A program made the position numbers and the translations under genes. A model generated the notes under the pieces. The model ran no database searches. It was given only the letters and a program-made list of their open reading frames with translations, and was not told the DNA's origin. 64,000 nt of DNA from assembly GCA_012295275.1 (NCBI GenBank), contig CM022671.1, positions 34,348,001 to 34,412,000 on the forward strand. Reading direction: 5' to 3'. The stretch comes from Chrysomallon squamiferum. Its lineage: Eukaryota; Animalia; Mollusca. Positions 12,523 to 27,834 of this stretch are shown here, piece after piece. Every line of letters begins with the position of its first letter. Within the stretch, counting starts at the first letter, position 1.

Positions 12523-14150
12523 TTGTCTGTCTGTCTGTCTGTCCATCTATCGACGACATTATTTAACTTCGTTAACGACGACACAGAAAACGACGTTTTA
12601 TCAACTTGCAGTGATTTTAAACAGGAGAATTATGACATAGAATGAAAAGGCATTGTGAAGTAACATTTCCTGCAGAAATTTCAAATGTTTCTATAAAAAT
12701 AGCAATAGTCTGTGAAATAATGCAGCAGATTCATGTCAATTCCATCGTAATGTAAGATTATTGTATATTATTAGTGGTACAAATTTTCTACTTACAAAAG
12801 TCTTAATTTACTTGTGTAACATATGCTCTTATCAGCTGCTTTTTATCTACAGTATGTCTACAGTATATCTACAGTGTGCGTGTATGTATGTATGTATGTA
12901 TGTATGAATGAATGAATGAATGTGTTTGTATGTACGAATGTGTGTATAAGTTATCATATATTGGGTCTCTGATCTTCCTTCACTTTGATTTTCATGTCGG
13001 TAAAGTGGACTTGAAAGGACGATCGCTATTAATCAATACAGGTATTAAACGCGGTGGCGACATTTGTCGTTTTGACCGTTAGGTCGACGGCATATTTCTC
13101 AGACGACCCATTTTTCTGACTCACAGTTGTCAGACATTATTTATCTGACTCATAACTGTCAGACATTATTTATCTGACTCATAACTGTCAGACATTATTT
13201 ATCTGACTCATAATTGTCAATATTTGTCAGACATTATTTATCTGACTCATAACTGTCAGACATTATTTATCTGATTCATAACTGTCAGACATTATTTATC
13301 TGACTCATAACTGTCAGACAATATTTATCTGACTCATAATTGTCAGATGTTCCATTTATCCCACTCATAATGTAAACTACACTGAGGAAAATTAGGCAAA
13401 TTCCTCATACCGAAATGAACGATTTCAAAAAACACACCAAAACCCCCCCCAAAAAACACAACATTATACAGAGATTTTATTTTAAAAAATATAAAATATA
13501 AATCTCTATTCCTATAGAAACGATGAAAGACATAACTGACTTCAAAGACATCAGACATCGAACAGGTTTATCGAACACCTGATGATTTACGGCATACAGC
13601 GTCCTTTTCACACGTTTCAGTCTTAGCCCGATTCTTGCTCTGATGCAGTGTATATAGTCGTTTAGCCCCCAGATACTTCGTCAAAAATAGTTTTGCCCCG
13701 CTCCGTTCGGCGATTTGTTTTTGCCTCGTTTCAAAAACAATCTAGTTACGGCCATATTATAATTGTCAGATGTCCTATTTATCTGACAAATATTTGTTAA
13801 TTTAGCTTCCAACCTTTAAAAGTTATAACAGATGATATTAATTTGACAGGAATCCATCAGACTAAGGTACTTCGGTATATTGTATATAGTTATGGGTTAC
13901 TGACTTGTGATTTTAAACATCTCACATTAAGGAATATACAGGTATTTCATCACTGAATAACAGTTAATGCTCAAAGATCGTTAAGAGTAGCAACATATGG
14001 TTAGGGTCAAGACTTGTTTTGTTTTAGTTTTTTTGCTTGTTTTTTTGCTTGTTTTTTTTTTTTTACTCTCTCAACGTCACATTTGGCAAATTTTAATAAT
14101 AAATGGTGCTGAGATGTGTCTCCAAACCTGCTGTTTTTCCATACGTTGTA
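11260..14150. repeat. Segmental duplication, copy A (partner ~21660..24715)
   Basis: Colinear, high-identity match including the satellite, an orphan intron piece and the 29-bp array. Ends at catacgttgta (14150 matches 24715). Confidence 0.88.
13114..13348. repeat. 29-bp tandem repeat, ~8 copies
   Basis: Unit ctgactcataactgtcagacattatttat. Confidence 0.93.
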
Positions 14151-14421
14151 GCGATCATTAAATAAGTATGACTTTATTTAGAAACAGTGTAGGGTCAGTC
14201 TAGAACATCCTTTTAAAATGTATGTATGCATGTACGTATGCACTTATGGATGTGTGTACGTATCATTGTATGTATGTGTGAAAGTCCGTGATAAAAAACA
14301 TAAATGCCACTTGAATATTTAAAACTTCGATGCGAAAGAAAATAACATTATCAAAGAAACAACGATTTACATGTATTTTAAATTATAAAAGAAAAGACGT
14401 AAAGACAATCTATCAACTTCT

Positions 14422-14890
14422 TTAAGGTCTTGCCTCCCTAACTCTTCTAGATAACAAAATGTTCCAAAATTCAGCGAATCGTTTCACTTTTGTACGAACG
14501 AACACAATGTGTTTCTTTGCACTGTTTAGAACATCCTTTTTGGCTGGATATTGTAGATAAGCATTGTTGTATGGTATTCTAGTTATGTTAGCTTTCTGTA
14601 TTAAATATCCTGTGATGTAAATGTCGTCAATTTAAAAAAAAGGAGTAAAGAAGGAAAGCTTGTATAATTTCTGCACGACACTTGGGGTGGTTATAAACGC
14701 CATACCAGAACAATAAGGGTCAAAAATGTCAGATGGGTGTTCCTTTTTACTAAGGTACCATTTGGACCTTTTGACTCGGAAAACTCTAGAATTTATCATT
14801 AAGCCGCACAAAATCCAGCTCAACCCTGTGTTCTTAATTTCATTTTTAGATTTTAAGTCGGGCAATCAAATAAACCAGTTGACGAAGACA
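14422..14890 (-). pseudogene. GT31 copy 4, 3' fragment only
   Basis: Homology starts at VFVNW, just after the DDD motif. TGG changed to TAA in WIDD at 14632-14634, His to Arg at FVRT, ancestral stop at 14422-14424. Confidence 0.9.
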
Positions 14891-15007
14891 ATTTGAATAT
14901 TTAAAACTTTGATACGAAAGAAAATAAAATTATCAAAGAAACAAACAAAGATTTATATGTCTTTTAAATTATTGAAGAAAATACGTAAAGACGATTTATC
15001 ATCTTCT

Positions 15008-16063
15008 TTAAGGTCTTCCTTCGCTAACTCTTCTAGCTAACGAAATATTCCACAATTCAGCCATTAGGTCCACGTTTGTATGAACGAACACGATATTTTT
15101 CTTTGCACTGTTTAGAACATTCTGTTTGCCTGTAGATATGAGATAAGCAGTATTGTATGGTATTCTAGTTATCTTCGCCTTCTGTATTAAATATCCTGTG
15201 ATGTAAACGTCGTCAATCCAGAAAAAAGGAGTAAAGAAGGAAAGCTTGTATAATTTCTGTACGACACTTGGGGTGGTTAAAAATGCCATACCAGAACAGT
15301 AAGGGTCAAAAATGTCAGATGGGTGTTCTTTTTTACTAAGATACCATTTGGACCTTTTTTCTCGGATAACTTTAAAACTTGTGATTAAGTAACACAAAAT
15401 CCAGCTTGACCCTCTGTTCTTAATTTCAGTGTTAGATTTTAAGTTCTCCAAGAATATAAACCAGTTGACGAAGATGTCATCGTCTGTTTTGAGAAAGTAC
15501 GTGGCCTGACTGCAGTACGTGGACACCCATTTTAACCCAGCTACAGCCTTGTAGGTTAAGTTGCGATAGGAATCCTTGAAATCTTCTTGTACGATGTCTC
15601 CATAAAATTCAGATTCTTTCTTCACCGACCGCATGACGTCGTGGTCGTCCACTTGTCCCATGATGAACACAACGAGAATTGTTTCTTTCACAAACCGTTT
15701 TATGTTTCCCCATGTTTTCCTGATTGTTTGGCGTTTATGAAAATTTTCTGGAGAACTCTGGATATATGTTATGATAAACACTTTCTTTCCTTTGCAAAGA
15801 TTGACAGGTTTATGAATATACGTGAAAGGGTGTGGATTGACAATAGGTTCTTTGAGCAGATTCTGTTCTGTCGTTGTTAAGGCTTCTACAAACGAAGAGA
15901 TTGCAGTGGTTTTGATGAGGCCATGGAGTGAACAAATGTTTTTGTCTCTGAGAGTGATGATTGTTGTTATCCAGAACAAGAGTAGAAGGAAGCTGACAAG
16001 TACAAAAACTGATCGAATTCTCACACGTTTCCTTATAGCACAACAGACTGAGCACAACTTCAT
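15008..16063 (-). CDS. GT31 young copy 5 (351 aa, intact)
   Basis: Complete ORF with TM segment, KTDDDIFVN, SKWY, WIDDVYITG and FVHT. CAG acceptor 6 nt upstream of the ATG. Confidence 0.93.
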   Translation of the reverse strand: MKLCSVCCAIRKRVRIRSVFVLVSFLLLLFWITTIITLRDKNICSLHGLIKTTAISSFVEALTTTEQNLLKEPIVNPHPFTYIHKPVNLCKGKKVFIITYIQSSPENFHKRQTIRKTWGNIKRFVKETILVVFIMGQVDDHDVMRSVKKESEFYGDIVQEDFKDSYRNLTYKAVAGLKWVSTYCSQATYFLKTDDDIFVNWFIFLENLKSNTEIKNRGSSWILCYLITSFKVIREKRSKWYLSKKEHPSDIFDPYCSGMAFLTTPSVVQKLYKLSFFTPFFWIDDVYITGYLIQKAKITRIPYNTAYLISTGKQNVLNSAKKNIVFVHTNVDLMAELWNISLARRVSEGRP

Positions 16064-18498
16064 AATAAACTGCGAAACAAAAAAAAAGCGTAATAATGAA
16101 GAAGAAAATAAAAAATAAAATGCGTTAACATAGCAGCTGTTGTTTGAACAATTTACAACATCATCATCATCTAAATCATCATTATCATTGCGATGATCAT
16201 CATCTTTATCATCATCATTATCACTATCATCATTACCATCATGATAATCATTTTTATCATGACGTTCACCATCATCGTTATAATTATTATCATGAATATT
16301 ATCGTCTTTATATTCATCAAAATTAAAAATAAATAGACGAAGAAATAAAAAAAAAAAAAAATAAAATAAAGGTTTATATCACTATAACTGAAATAAATAT
16401 TAATAAGACTAAAATCCAACTAGATAAAATTTAGTAGTTTCATAATACTAAACCTCCCAAACCCCAACATTTTTTCAGGAGTATATAACTACCTTTAAAT
16501 CTGTAGCGAAAACAGTTTCTGTTTTCATTAGCACAGATTTTATGTGTGTTTGTCTGTGAGACGAAGAACAAATGAAAAATAAATAAATCAATGTTTTTAC
16601 ATACTTGATGGTAACTCGACACACTCTTGTAGACAACAATAAAATACTTCAAATTCAATGAGAAAAACAATTAAATGTAACAGTAGCTTGCGTTCCTAGG
16701 CTGTTAACAATCCACGTAGATCACGACGTTATTTAACTTCGTTAACGACGACATAGAAAATGGCATTTTACCAACATGCGGTGGTTTTAAACACTCGCAG
16801 ACAAAAGGATTAAATTGCAGTATGAGAAGAACTTGGATGTAACATTTGCTGCAGAAATTTCAAACTTTTCTCTTCAAATACCAATAGTTTGTGAAATCAT
16901 ACACAACGTTCATGTTAATCACATTGTGATGTAATATTATTGTATATTCGAATTTAAGCATTCTACTTACGTAAACCTTAATTTACTTCGGTAACATGTG
17001 CACTGATCAATATAGTATAACTACAGATATCTACATAGTGTTTACAGGATATATGCAATATGTCTGCGGTATTTATGCAATAATTTGATTAAGTGTATGA
17101 ATATAAACATGTATGTAGATACGTGTGTCAGTATATATGCATTTTAGGATTGACTACTGTCTGTTTTTTGTACTTCTGATTAGATTCTGCACATAGACAA
17201 TTTTATGGAACATACTGGCACAGGATGACGAAGTCCAATCACGACATCACAAACACACTCAGATTTAACTAACGAGACTCGAACGTATGGCACCCATAGG
17301 CCGCATATCGAAGTCTGACCACGTTACCGCTCGGTCATCAAAACAAACCTGAAAAAGTTTCTCAATCACCAAGTGTAACAATAGCTTGGCAGGAAGCTCG
17401 CCGGGTTTTTTGTCTTTCGTCATATTTCTGTGTTTCTATTTGTTACAGAAAACCTTGCACTGGCAACTATGTATTTTAGGATTTTAATATTCTCTCTCTT
17501 ATGTTCCTCTGAATAGACTCTGCACATAGACAATATTCGGGAACGTAAAGGTCCAATCACGACCTAGCAAATCCCGTCCGAAGCTAGACAAAACTAGGAT
17601 ACTTCAGTGGAGAGTTATCTAGAAGATATAGATATCACACTGGAGAGGTTTATATATTTTATTACAGAAAGAAGATATTTCACTTCAGATCTGAGATACT
17701 TTATTAGAGAAGACTCAGATACTTCATTGGAAGAGATATATTATTAGAGAAACATTTCATACTTAACTGGACAGTGAGAAGTAGTTTATAACGAAAGCGT
17801 TAAATACTACATTGTAGTAGTTCAATTAATTTATTAGAGAAAAAAGGTATTTCTGAGATTATTAAAGTATTTTTAAATACTTCACTGGAGAGTTAGAGAT
17901 AATTTATTATAGAAAACTTTAAGAGGTTTAGATATTTTATTAGAAAAATAAAGTTATTTCGCTGCAGATTAGAGATTCTTTATTAGAGAAAACTTGGATG
18001 TTTCACTGGGGGCCTGAGTTCATTTTATTACACAAAACATGAATTCTTCTCTATATGGCTATAGATGTTGTATTAGATAAAGTTTGAATACATTGTCAGA
18101 GGGTTATTTTAATTAGTATTTTTCCTTCGAGAAAACTTTGATTCTCCAGTAAGGAACTACAGCTATTTTATCAGAGACAATTAGGATACTGTTCTAGAAG
18201 GCTAAATAATTCACGGATGTAATGACAGACTGTGTCAGAGAAAACTGGATACGTCACTGAAAGACTGGAGTGTTGGATAGATTTAGATTTCTTGTAGACT
18301 TGTTTAGAGGGTTTGAGTCTGTGGTTTGATCTTTCTTAAACACTAGACTGGAAACGAAATGATACTGATTACAGTGTAAGCACAGTATTTAGTTCAGAAA
18401 TGAAAACATAACCATTAAATGAGAGAAGAGAAAGTTTTTCAAATAATACATTATTTTTTAAAATAAAGGTTATAATAACTATAACGTCTCGTTCGTAT

Positions 18499-18534
<36 letters not shown>

Positions 18535-18734
18535 TTTTTTCTTTTATTATTATTATTATTATTTTTTTTTTATTTATTTGTTATTAATTAATCAATTAAT
18601 TTATTTATTTATTTCCGATATGAACTGGAGAAGAATTGTTTCTTTATTCGCAGCATTTTAATATATGTCTTCAACGTCTAATTCATAGCACATGTCAACA
18701 AAAAGCAAATCAAAATGATATAGCGAACCTTATT

Positions 18735-18832
<98 letters not shown>

Positions 18833-19532
18833 CATTATCTATCTATCTATCTATCCATCCAACCATCTCTCAAGGTAGACTTAATCTGTGTAGTTAAATC
18901 ATTGTAAAAACAATCAATATCTATATAAACCTCTTGTCCACAATATAATGGTCGTTTTTTTTTTCGATTAGCACCATGAATGGAGAAAAGTTGTTTTACT
19001 GAAATTATTTTACTTATAACAATACATAAACAATACATAAGCACTTATAAATATTTGAATATAGTTTGTCATCTGCAATAGAAAATAAACAGGTACTTTG
19101 TGAAATAGAGGACGTTATTTTGCCTTTGATCTCAGTCTTCCAAAGGAAGCAAGAGATTTATGAATAGGAAGAAGCAACATAAGGTGCTTGTAAACTTAGA
19201 AAACGATGAAATTAGTTGAATAAAGAAGCACTGGTCTACCTGACTTCTCCAGCATGTCGTAGCGATCATTAAATAAGTATGACTTTATTTAGAAACAGTG
19301 TAGGATCACTCTAGCATATCCTTTTAAAATGTATATATGTATGTACGTATGTATTTGTGGAGGTGTGTACGTATCTATGTATGTATGTGTCAATGTCCGT
19401 GATAAAAAACATAAATACCACTTGAATATTTAAAACTTCGATGCTAAAGAAACTAAGATTATAAAAGAAACATCGATTTATATGTATGTTAAATTATAAA
19501 AGAAAAGACGTAAAGACAATTTATCAATTTCT

Positions 19533-20591
19533 TTAAGGTCTTGCTTCCCTAACTCTTCTAGATAACAAAATGTTCCAAAATTCAGCGAATCGGTTCACTT
19601 TTGTATGAATGAACACAATGTGTTTCTATGCACTGTTTAGAACATCCTTTTTGGCGGGATTTTGTAGATAAACATTGTTGTATGGTATTCTAGTTATGTT
19701 CGCCTTCCGTATTAAATATCCTGTGATGTAAACGTCGTCAATCCAGAAAAAAGGAGTAAAGAAGGAAAGTTTGTATAATTTCTGCACGACACTTGGGGTG
19801 GTTAAAAAAGCCATACCGGCACAATAATGGTCAAAAATGTCAGATGGGTGTTCCTTTTTACTGACGTACCATTTGGACCTTTTGAATCGGAAAACCTTAG
19901 AATTGATCATTAAGCCACACAAAATCCAGCTCAACCCTCTGTGCTTAATTTCATTTTTAGATTTTAAGTCGGGTAACAATATAAACCAGTTGACGAAGAC
20001 ATCATCGTCTGTTTTGAGAACGTACATGGCCTGACTGCAGTACGTGGACACCCATTTTAACCCAGCTATGGCCTTGTAGGTTAAGTTGCGATAGGAATCC
20101 TTGAAATCTTCTTGTACGATGTCGCCATAAAATTCAGATTCGTTTTTCACCGACCGCATGACGTCGTGGTCGTCCACTTGTCCCATGATGAACACAACGA
20201 GAATTGTTTCTTTCACAAACTGTTTTATGTTTCCCCACGTTTTCCTGATTGTTTGGCGTTTATGAACATTTCGAGGAGAACTGTGGATATATGTTATGAT
20301 AAACACTTTCTTTCCTTTGCAAAGATTGACAGGTTTATGAATATACGTGAAAGGGTGTGGATTGACAATAGGTTCTTTGAGCAGATTCTGTTCTGTCGTT
20401 GTTAAGGCTTCTACAAACGGAGAGGTTGCAGCGGTTTTGATGAGGCGATGGAGTGACCGAATATTTTTGTCTCTGAGAGTGATGATTGTTGTTATCCAGA
20501 ACAAGAGCGGAACAAAGCTCACAACAAGTACAAAAACTGATCGAATTCTCAGACCTTTCGCTGTAGCACAACAGACTGAGCACAACTTCAT
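19533..20591 (-). pseudogene. GT31 copy 6 with premature stop (321-aa ORF, 19626..20591)
   Basis: Near-identical to copy 1, but AAG changed to TAG at 19626-19628 removes the last 31 codons, including FIHT. The downstream codons are still intact up to the ancestral stop at 19533. Confidence 0.8.
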
Positions 20592-21659
20592 AATAAACTG
20601 CGAAACAGAAAAAAAAAAAAAAAAAAAAAAGCGTAATAATGAAGAAGAAGAAAATGAAAAATAAAATTAGTTAACAAGTACAAACTATTGTTTGAACAAT
20701 TTAAAGCATCATCATCATCAACATCATCATCATCATTGCCATCATCACCATTTTATCGTCATCATTACCACTATCATCATTATTATAATGATAATCATAT
20801 TCATCATTACTTTCACCGTTATCGTTATAATTATTATCATGAATATTCATCAAAATTAAAAATAAATAGATGAACAAATTAAAATAAAATAAAATACATA
20901 AAAAATAAAATAAAAAAATAAAAATAAAGGTTTATATCACTATAACTGAAGTAATAATAATAAGACTAAAATCCAGCTAGATAAAATTTAATAGTTTCAT
21001 AATACTAAACCTCCCAAACCCCAACATTTTTCAGGAGTACATAACTACCTTTAAATCTGTAGCAAAAACAGTTTCTGTTTTCATTAGTTCAGATTTTATG
21101 TGTGTTTGTGTGTGAGACGAACAACAAATGAAAATAAATAAATAAATCAATGTTTTTACATACTTGATGGTAATTCGACACACAGTTGTAGACAACAATA
21201 AAATACTTCAACTTGAATGAGAAAAGCAATTAAATGTAACAGTAGCTTGCGTTCTTAGGACGTCAACCATCCACGTAGATCACGACGTTATTTAACTTCG
21301 TTAACGACGACACAGAAAATGGCATTTTACCGACATGCGGTGGTTTTAAACAGTCGCAGACAAAAGGATTAAGTTGCAGTATGAAAGGAATTTAGATGTA
21401 ACATTTGCTGCAGAAATTTCAAACGTTTCTATACAAATACCTATTATCTATGAAATCATGCGCCAGATTCATGTTAATCTCATTGTAATGTAAAAATATT
21501 GTATATCAATATAGTATAACTACAGATATCTACATAGTGTCTACAGTATACATGTAATACGTGTACGGTATATATGCAATATGTCTGCGGTATTTGTGCA
21601 ATAATTTGATGAAGTGTATGAATGTAAACATGTATGCATTTTAGGATTGTACATTATCT

Positions 21660-24715
<3,056 letters not shown>

Positions 24716-25308
24716 TTTTTTCAATGAGTAATAAACATATTTAAAATGCTTTGGTCGATAAGTCCTTGTTGTTGTTTTTTTTGTAACATTTCTTTCCTAT
24801 TCTGATCGAATTTAAAGTGTATTGTTGAAAAAATAATAATAATAGTATAATAAATAGATAAATAAATAAATAAACACAAATTAAAGAAGCAATTTTCTTT
24901 GGAATGATAATGAAATTAAATTTAAAAAAAAGATAAAATGCAAAAATAGTTTTTCTTTATTACAGATTCTTGGACTTTCTTTGTTGATGGCTTCAGAGAA
25001 AAATGATTTAAAACCTTATTTCACCTTCATCACTTAACGAATCTCGTTGGTCAAACAGGTGAAAGACGTATCATAGCGTGGGCGTATGTGCGTTTAGACA
25101 GGTCTGTTTTTGCAACTATGCAGACTTTTACTGTGCTCTGCATAGGTAGAGAAAGGCGATTTGAGGTGAGGCTTTGCATGGGGTAACTCTTGGCTGTACA
25201 CCAGCTCTGATTATGTACATCCGTTACACCTGTTCTGTTGTTAACAGCTATGTTTATTTATCAGTGTCACTCGTTTCGTAGAAATGTGGAACTTTTCCAG
25301 AGGCAGGT

Positions 25309-26090
25309 ACGACAGTTTTCACACAGAGTGAAATGTGTGTGTACACGCTGTCACGACAGTTTTCACACAAAGTGAAATGTGTGTGTACACGCTGTCACGA
25401 CAGTTTTCACACAAAGTGAAATGTGTAATACGCGTGTACACGCTGTCACGACAGTTTTCACACAAAGTGAAATGTGTAATACGCGTGTACACGCTGTCAC
25501 GACAGTTTTCACACAAAGTGAAATGTGTAATACGTGTGTACACGCTGTCACGACAGCAAAGTGAAATGTGGGTGTACACGCTGTCACGACAGTTTTCACA
25601 CAAAGTGAAATGTGTGTGTACACGCTGTCACGACAGTGTTCACACAAAGTGAAATGTGCGTGTACACGCTGTCACGACAGTTTTCACACAAAGTGAAATG
25701 TGTGTGTACACGCTGTCACGACAGTGTTCACACAAAGTGAAATGTGCGTGTACACGCTGTCACGACAGTTTTCACACAAAGTGAAATGTGCGTGTACACG
25801 CTGTCACGACAGTTTTCACACAAAGTGAAATGTGTAATACGCGTGTACACGCTGTCACGACAGTTTTCACACAAAGTGAAATGTGTAATACGTGTGTACA
25901 CGCTGTCACGACAGTTTTCACACAAAGTGAAATGTGGGTGTACACGCTGTCACGACAGTTTTCACACAAAGTGAAATGTGTGTGTACACGCTGTCACGAC
26001 AGTGTTCACACAAAGTGAAATGTGCGTGTACACGCTGTCACGACAGTGTTCACACAAAGTGAAATGTGTGTGTACACGCTGTCACGACAC
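25309..26090. repeat. 44/51-bp minisatellite, ~17 units
   Basis: Unit cacgacagttttcacacaaagtgaaatgtgtgtgtacacgctgt; the long variant carries an extra taatacg. Confidence 0.95.
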
Positions 26091-26317
26091 TGTACGTCAC
26101 GGTGTTCAGGAAGTTTCTTTTAAAGTCAGCACGTGCATTACACCTGTCTTCACACCTTTTAAACTCACATGAACCGAGAAAGTGTGTGTACGTAACATAA
26201 AAAAAAATATTTTGAAAACGCAAATGTTTCTGGTATTTCTTTCTTCTTCTTCTTCTTTTACTTTTCTTTTTTTTCTTTTTTTTTTTTTTTTTCTTGAAAG
26301 GAGATTTCAAAATAGTA

Positions 26318-26364
<47 letters not shown>

Positions 26365-27019
26365 GTTTATATATATATATTTTTTTAATAAACACAAAAA
26401 CACCCCCCCCCCAAAAAAAAAACATTATTAATAATATCATTACTGTTAACACTGCTACACCGAAAAAACCTACTACTACAACTACTACTATCCATTTTTA
26501 CCATTACTACTAGTACTTTTGGAACTACAAAACATTATAAACATAGATGTATGTATCTATGTATGGTATGAACACGTGTGTGTTGGTAGGTCTATGTATC
26601 ATAGCGTGTATGGAGGAAGGTGCGTGTGTGCATGCGTTTCTGCATTCATTGCAAATCAGTGAAACATAAATTGATTTAGCTGCTCCTAATATCCATACAA
26701 CAGATGTTTATATATACATAAAATCATGCAAGCACAGCCACACACATAGATACATAGTAATTAACTGGAAACAAGTAACTGTGCATATTTAACAGAATAA
26801 TATATATATATATATATATATAATATTAGAAAATAAAAGTTGATGTTTGTGCTATAAACATTTATTTACTGAAAATGTGAACTCAAAATTATTACGTTTT
26901 AACGCAAGGCACTGTGTCACAGCCGGAAAGAAGGGTGGTACAGAAAGTTAGTATGGTGTGTGGCCACCATTAGCATTGATAAGACTTGGTAACGGCGCCG
27001 CATAGACAAAACTAGAAGT

Positions 27020-27530
27020 TTGAAAAAGACTTGTGGGACGGAGTTCTTCATCGCTGTCAGAGCTTGTTCCAGCTGGGCAAGCGCTACCTGCTGATTCTGG
27101 TTACAACGTAAACGTCGTTTCGCTTCATCCCAGAGAGTTCCGGAGAAGTAAAGAACATCAGTGTTCTGTATGGGAAGTCTGTTACAATACGTGCAATATG
27201 TGCACGTGCGTTGTCTTCCTGTAACGCGATGTCACGTTCCTGCGCTTGAGCATAAGGTAGGACGAGAGGTCAGATGATGTCATCTTGCTAGCACGTACCA
27301 GTCAAACTGCGATTTATAAAGAAAAAAACAAGCTGGGTCAGTGAGATGCGATAGCTCCCCAAACCATCACACTTCTGCCTCCAAACGGCTGACGTTCAAT
27401 AACGCAAGAGTCGTTAGACCATTGCGCGTCCTTCAGAACTGTTCAGTACACTGTCCCAGTCTTGTCGCCGAACTTTAAATGTTGTTAAGCGAGCCTTCCG
27501 ATGAAGTGGAAATCAAAAATTGCTCTTAAC
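27020..27530 (-). pseudogene. Probable highly decayed GT31 relic
   Basis: Manual minus-strand translation gives, in family order with stops and shifts: VLK..ND, ACFF/FINR, WYV, P-x2-CSSAG (Cys 16 codons after Trp, as in the paralogues), DVLYFSGTL, NDVY, VFF. Confidence 0.5.
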
Positions 27531-27834
27531 CCAGGAATAGTTCGGACTGTTAACCTGGCAGCTTGGATCCGATTTCGAAAATGAACCAACAGAATATTAT
27601 TAATTTGTTGTGTGTGTGTGTGTTCTTGTGTGTGCGTGCGTATATTTGTCTGCATGAAGCTATAGACAAACACATAAATAACATTTAGAACTCACAACGT
27701 GAAACTAACGAAGGAATGTTCAGCAGATTTTATTTTGTTCAGTTTCTATATCCTCATGTAATTAGACACGCACGTTTATACAGAAAGATAGACACACTTC
27801 ATCTTAAATATACATAGGAATCGTTATTTACGTG

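Noticed and set aside
25309-26090. CRISPR-like array, or Cys-rich repeat proteins (CENCRDSVYT...)
   Set aside because: Contiguous units without unique spacers, eukaryotic context, no cas genes; ORFs in several frames on both strands are by-products of the repeat.
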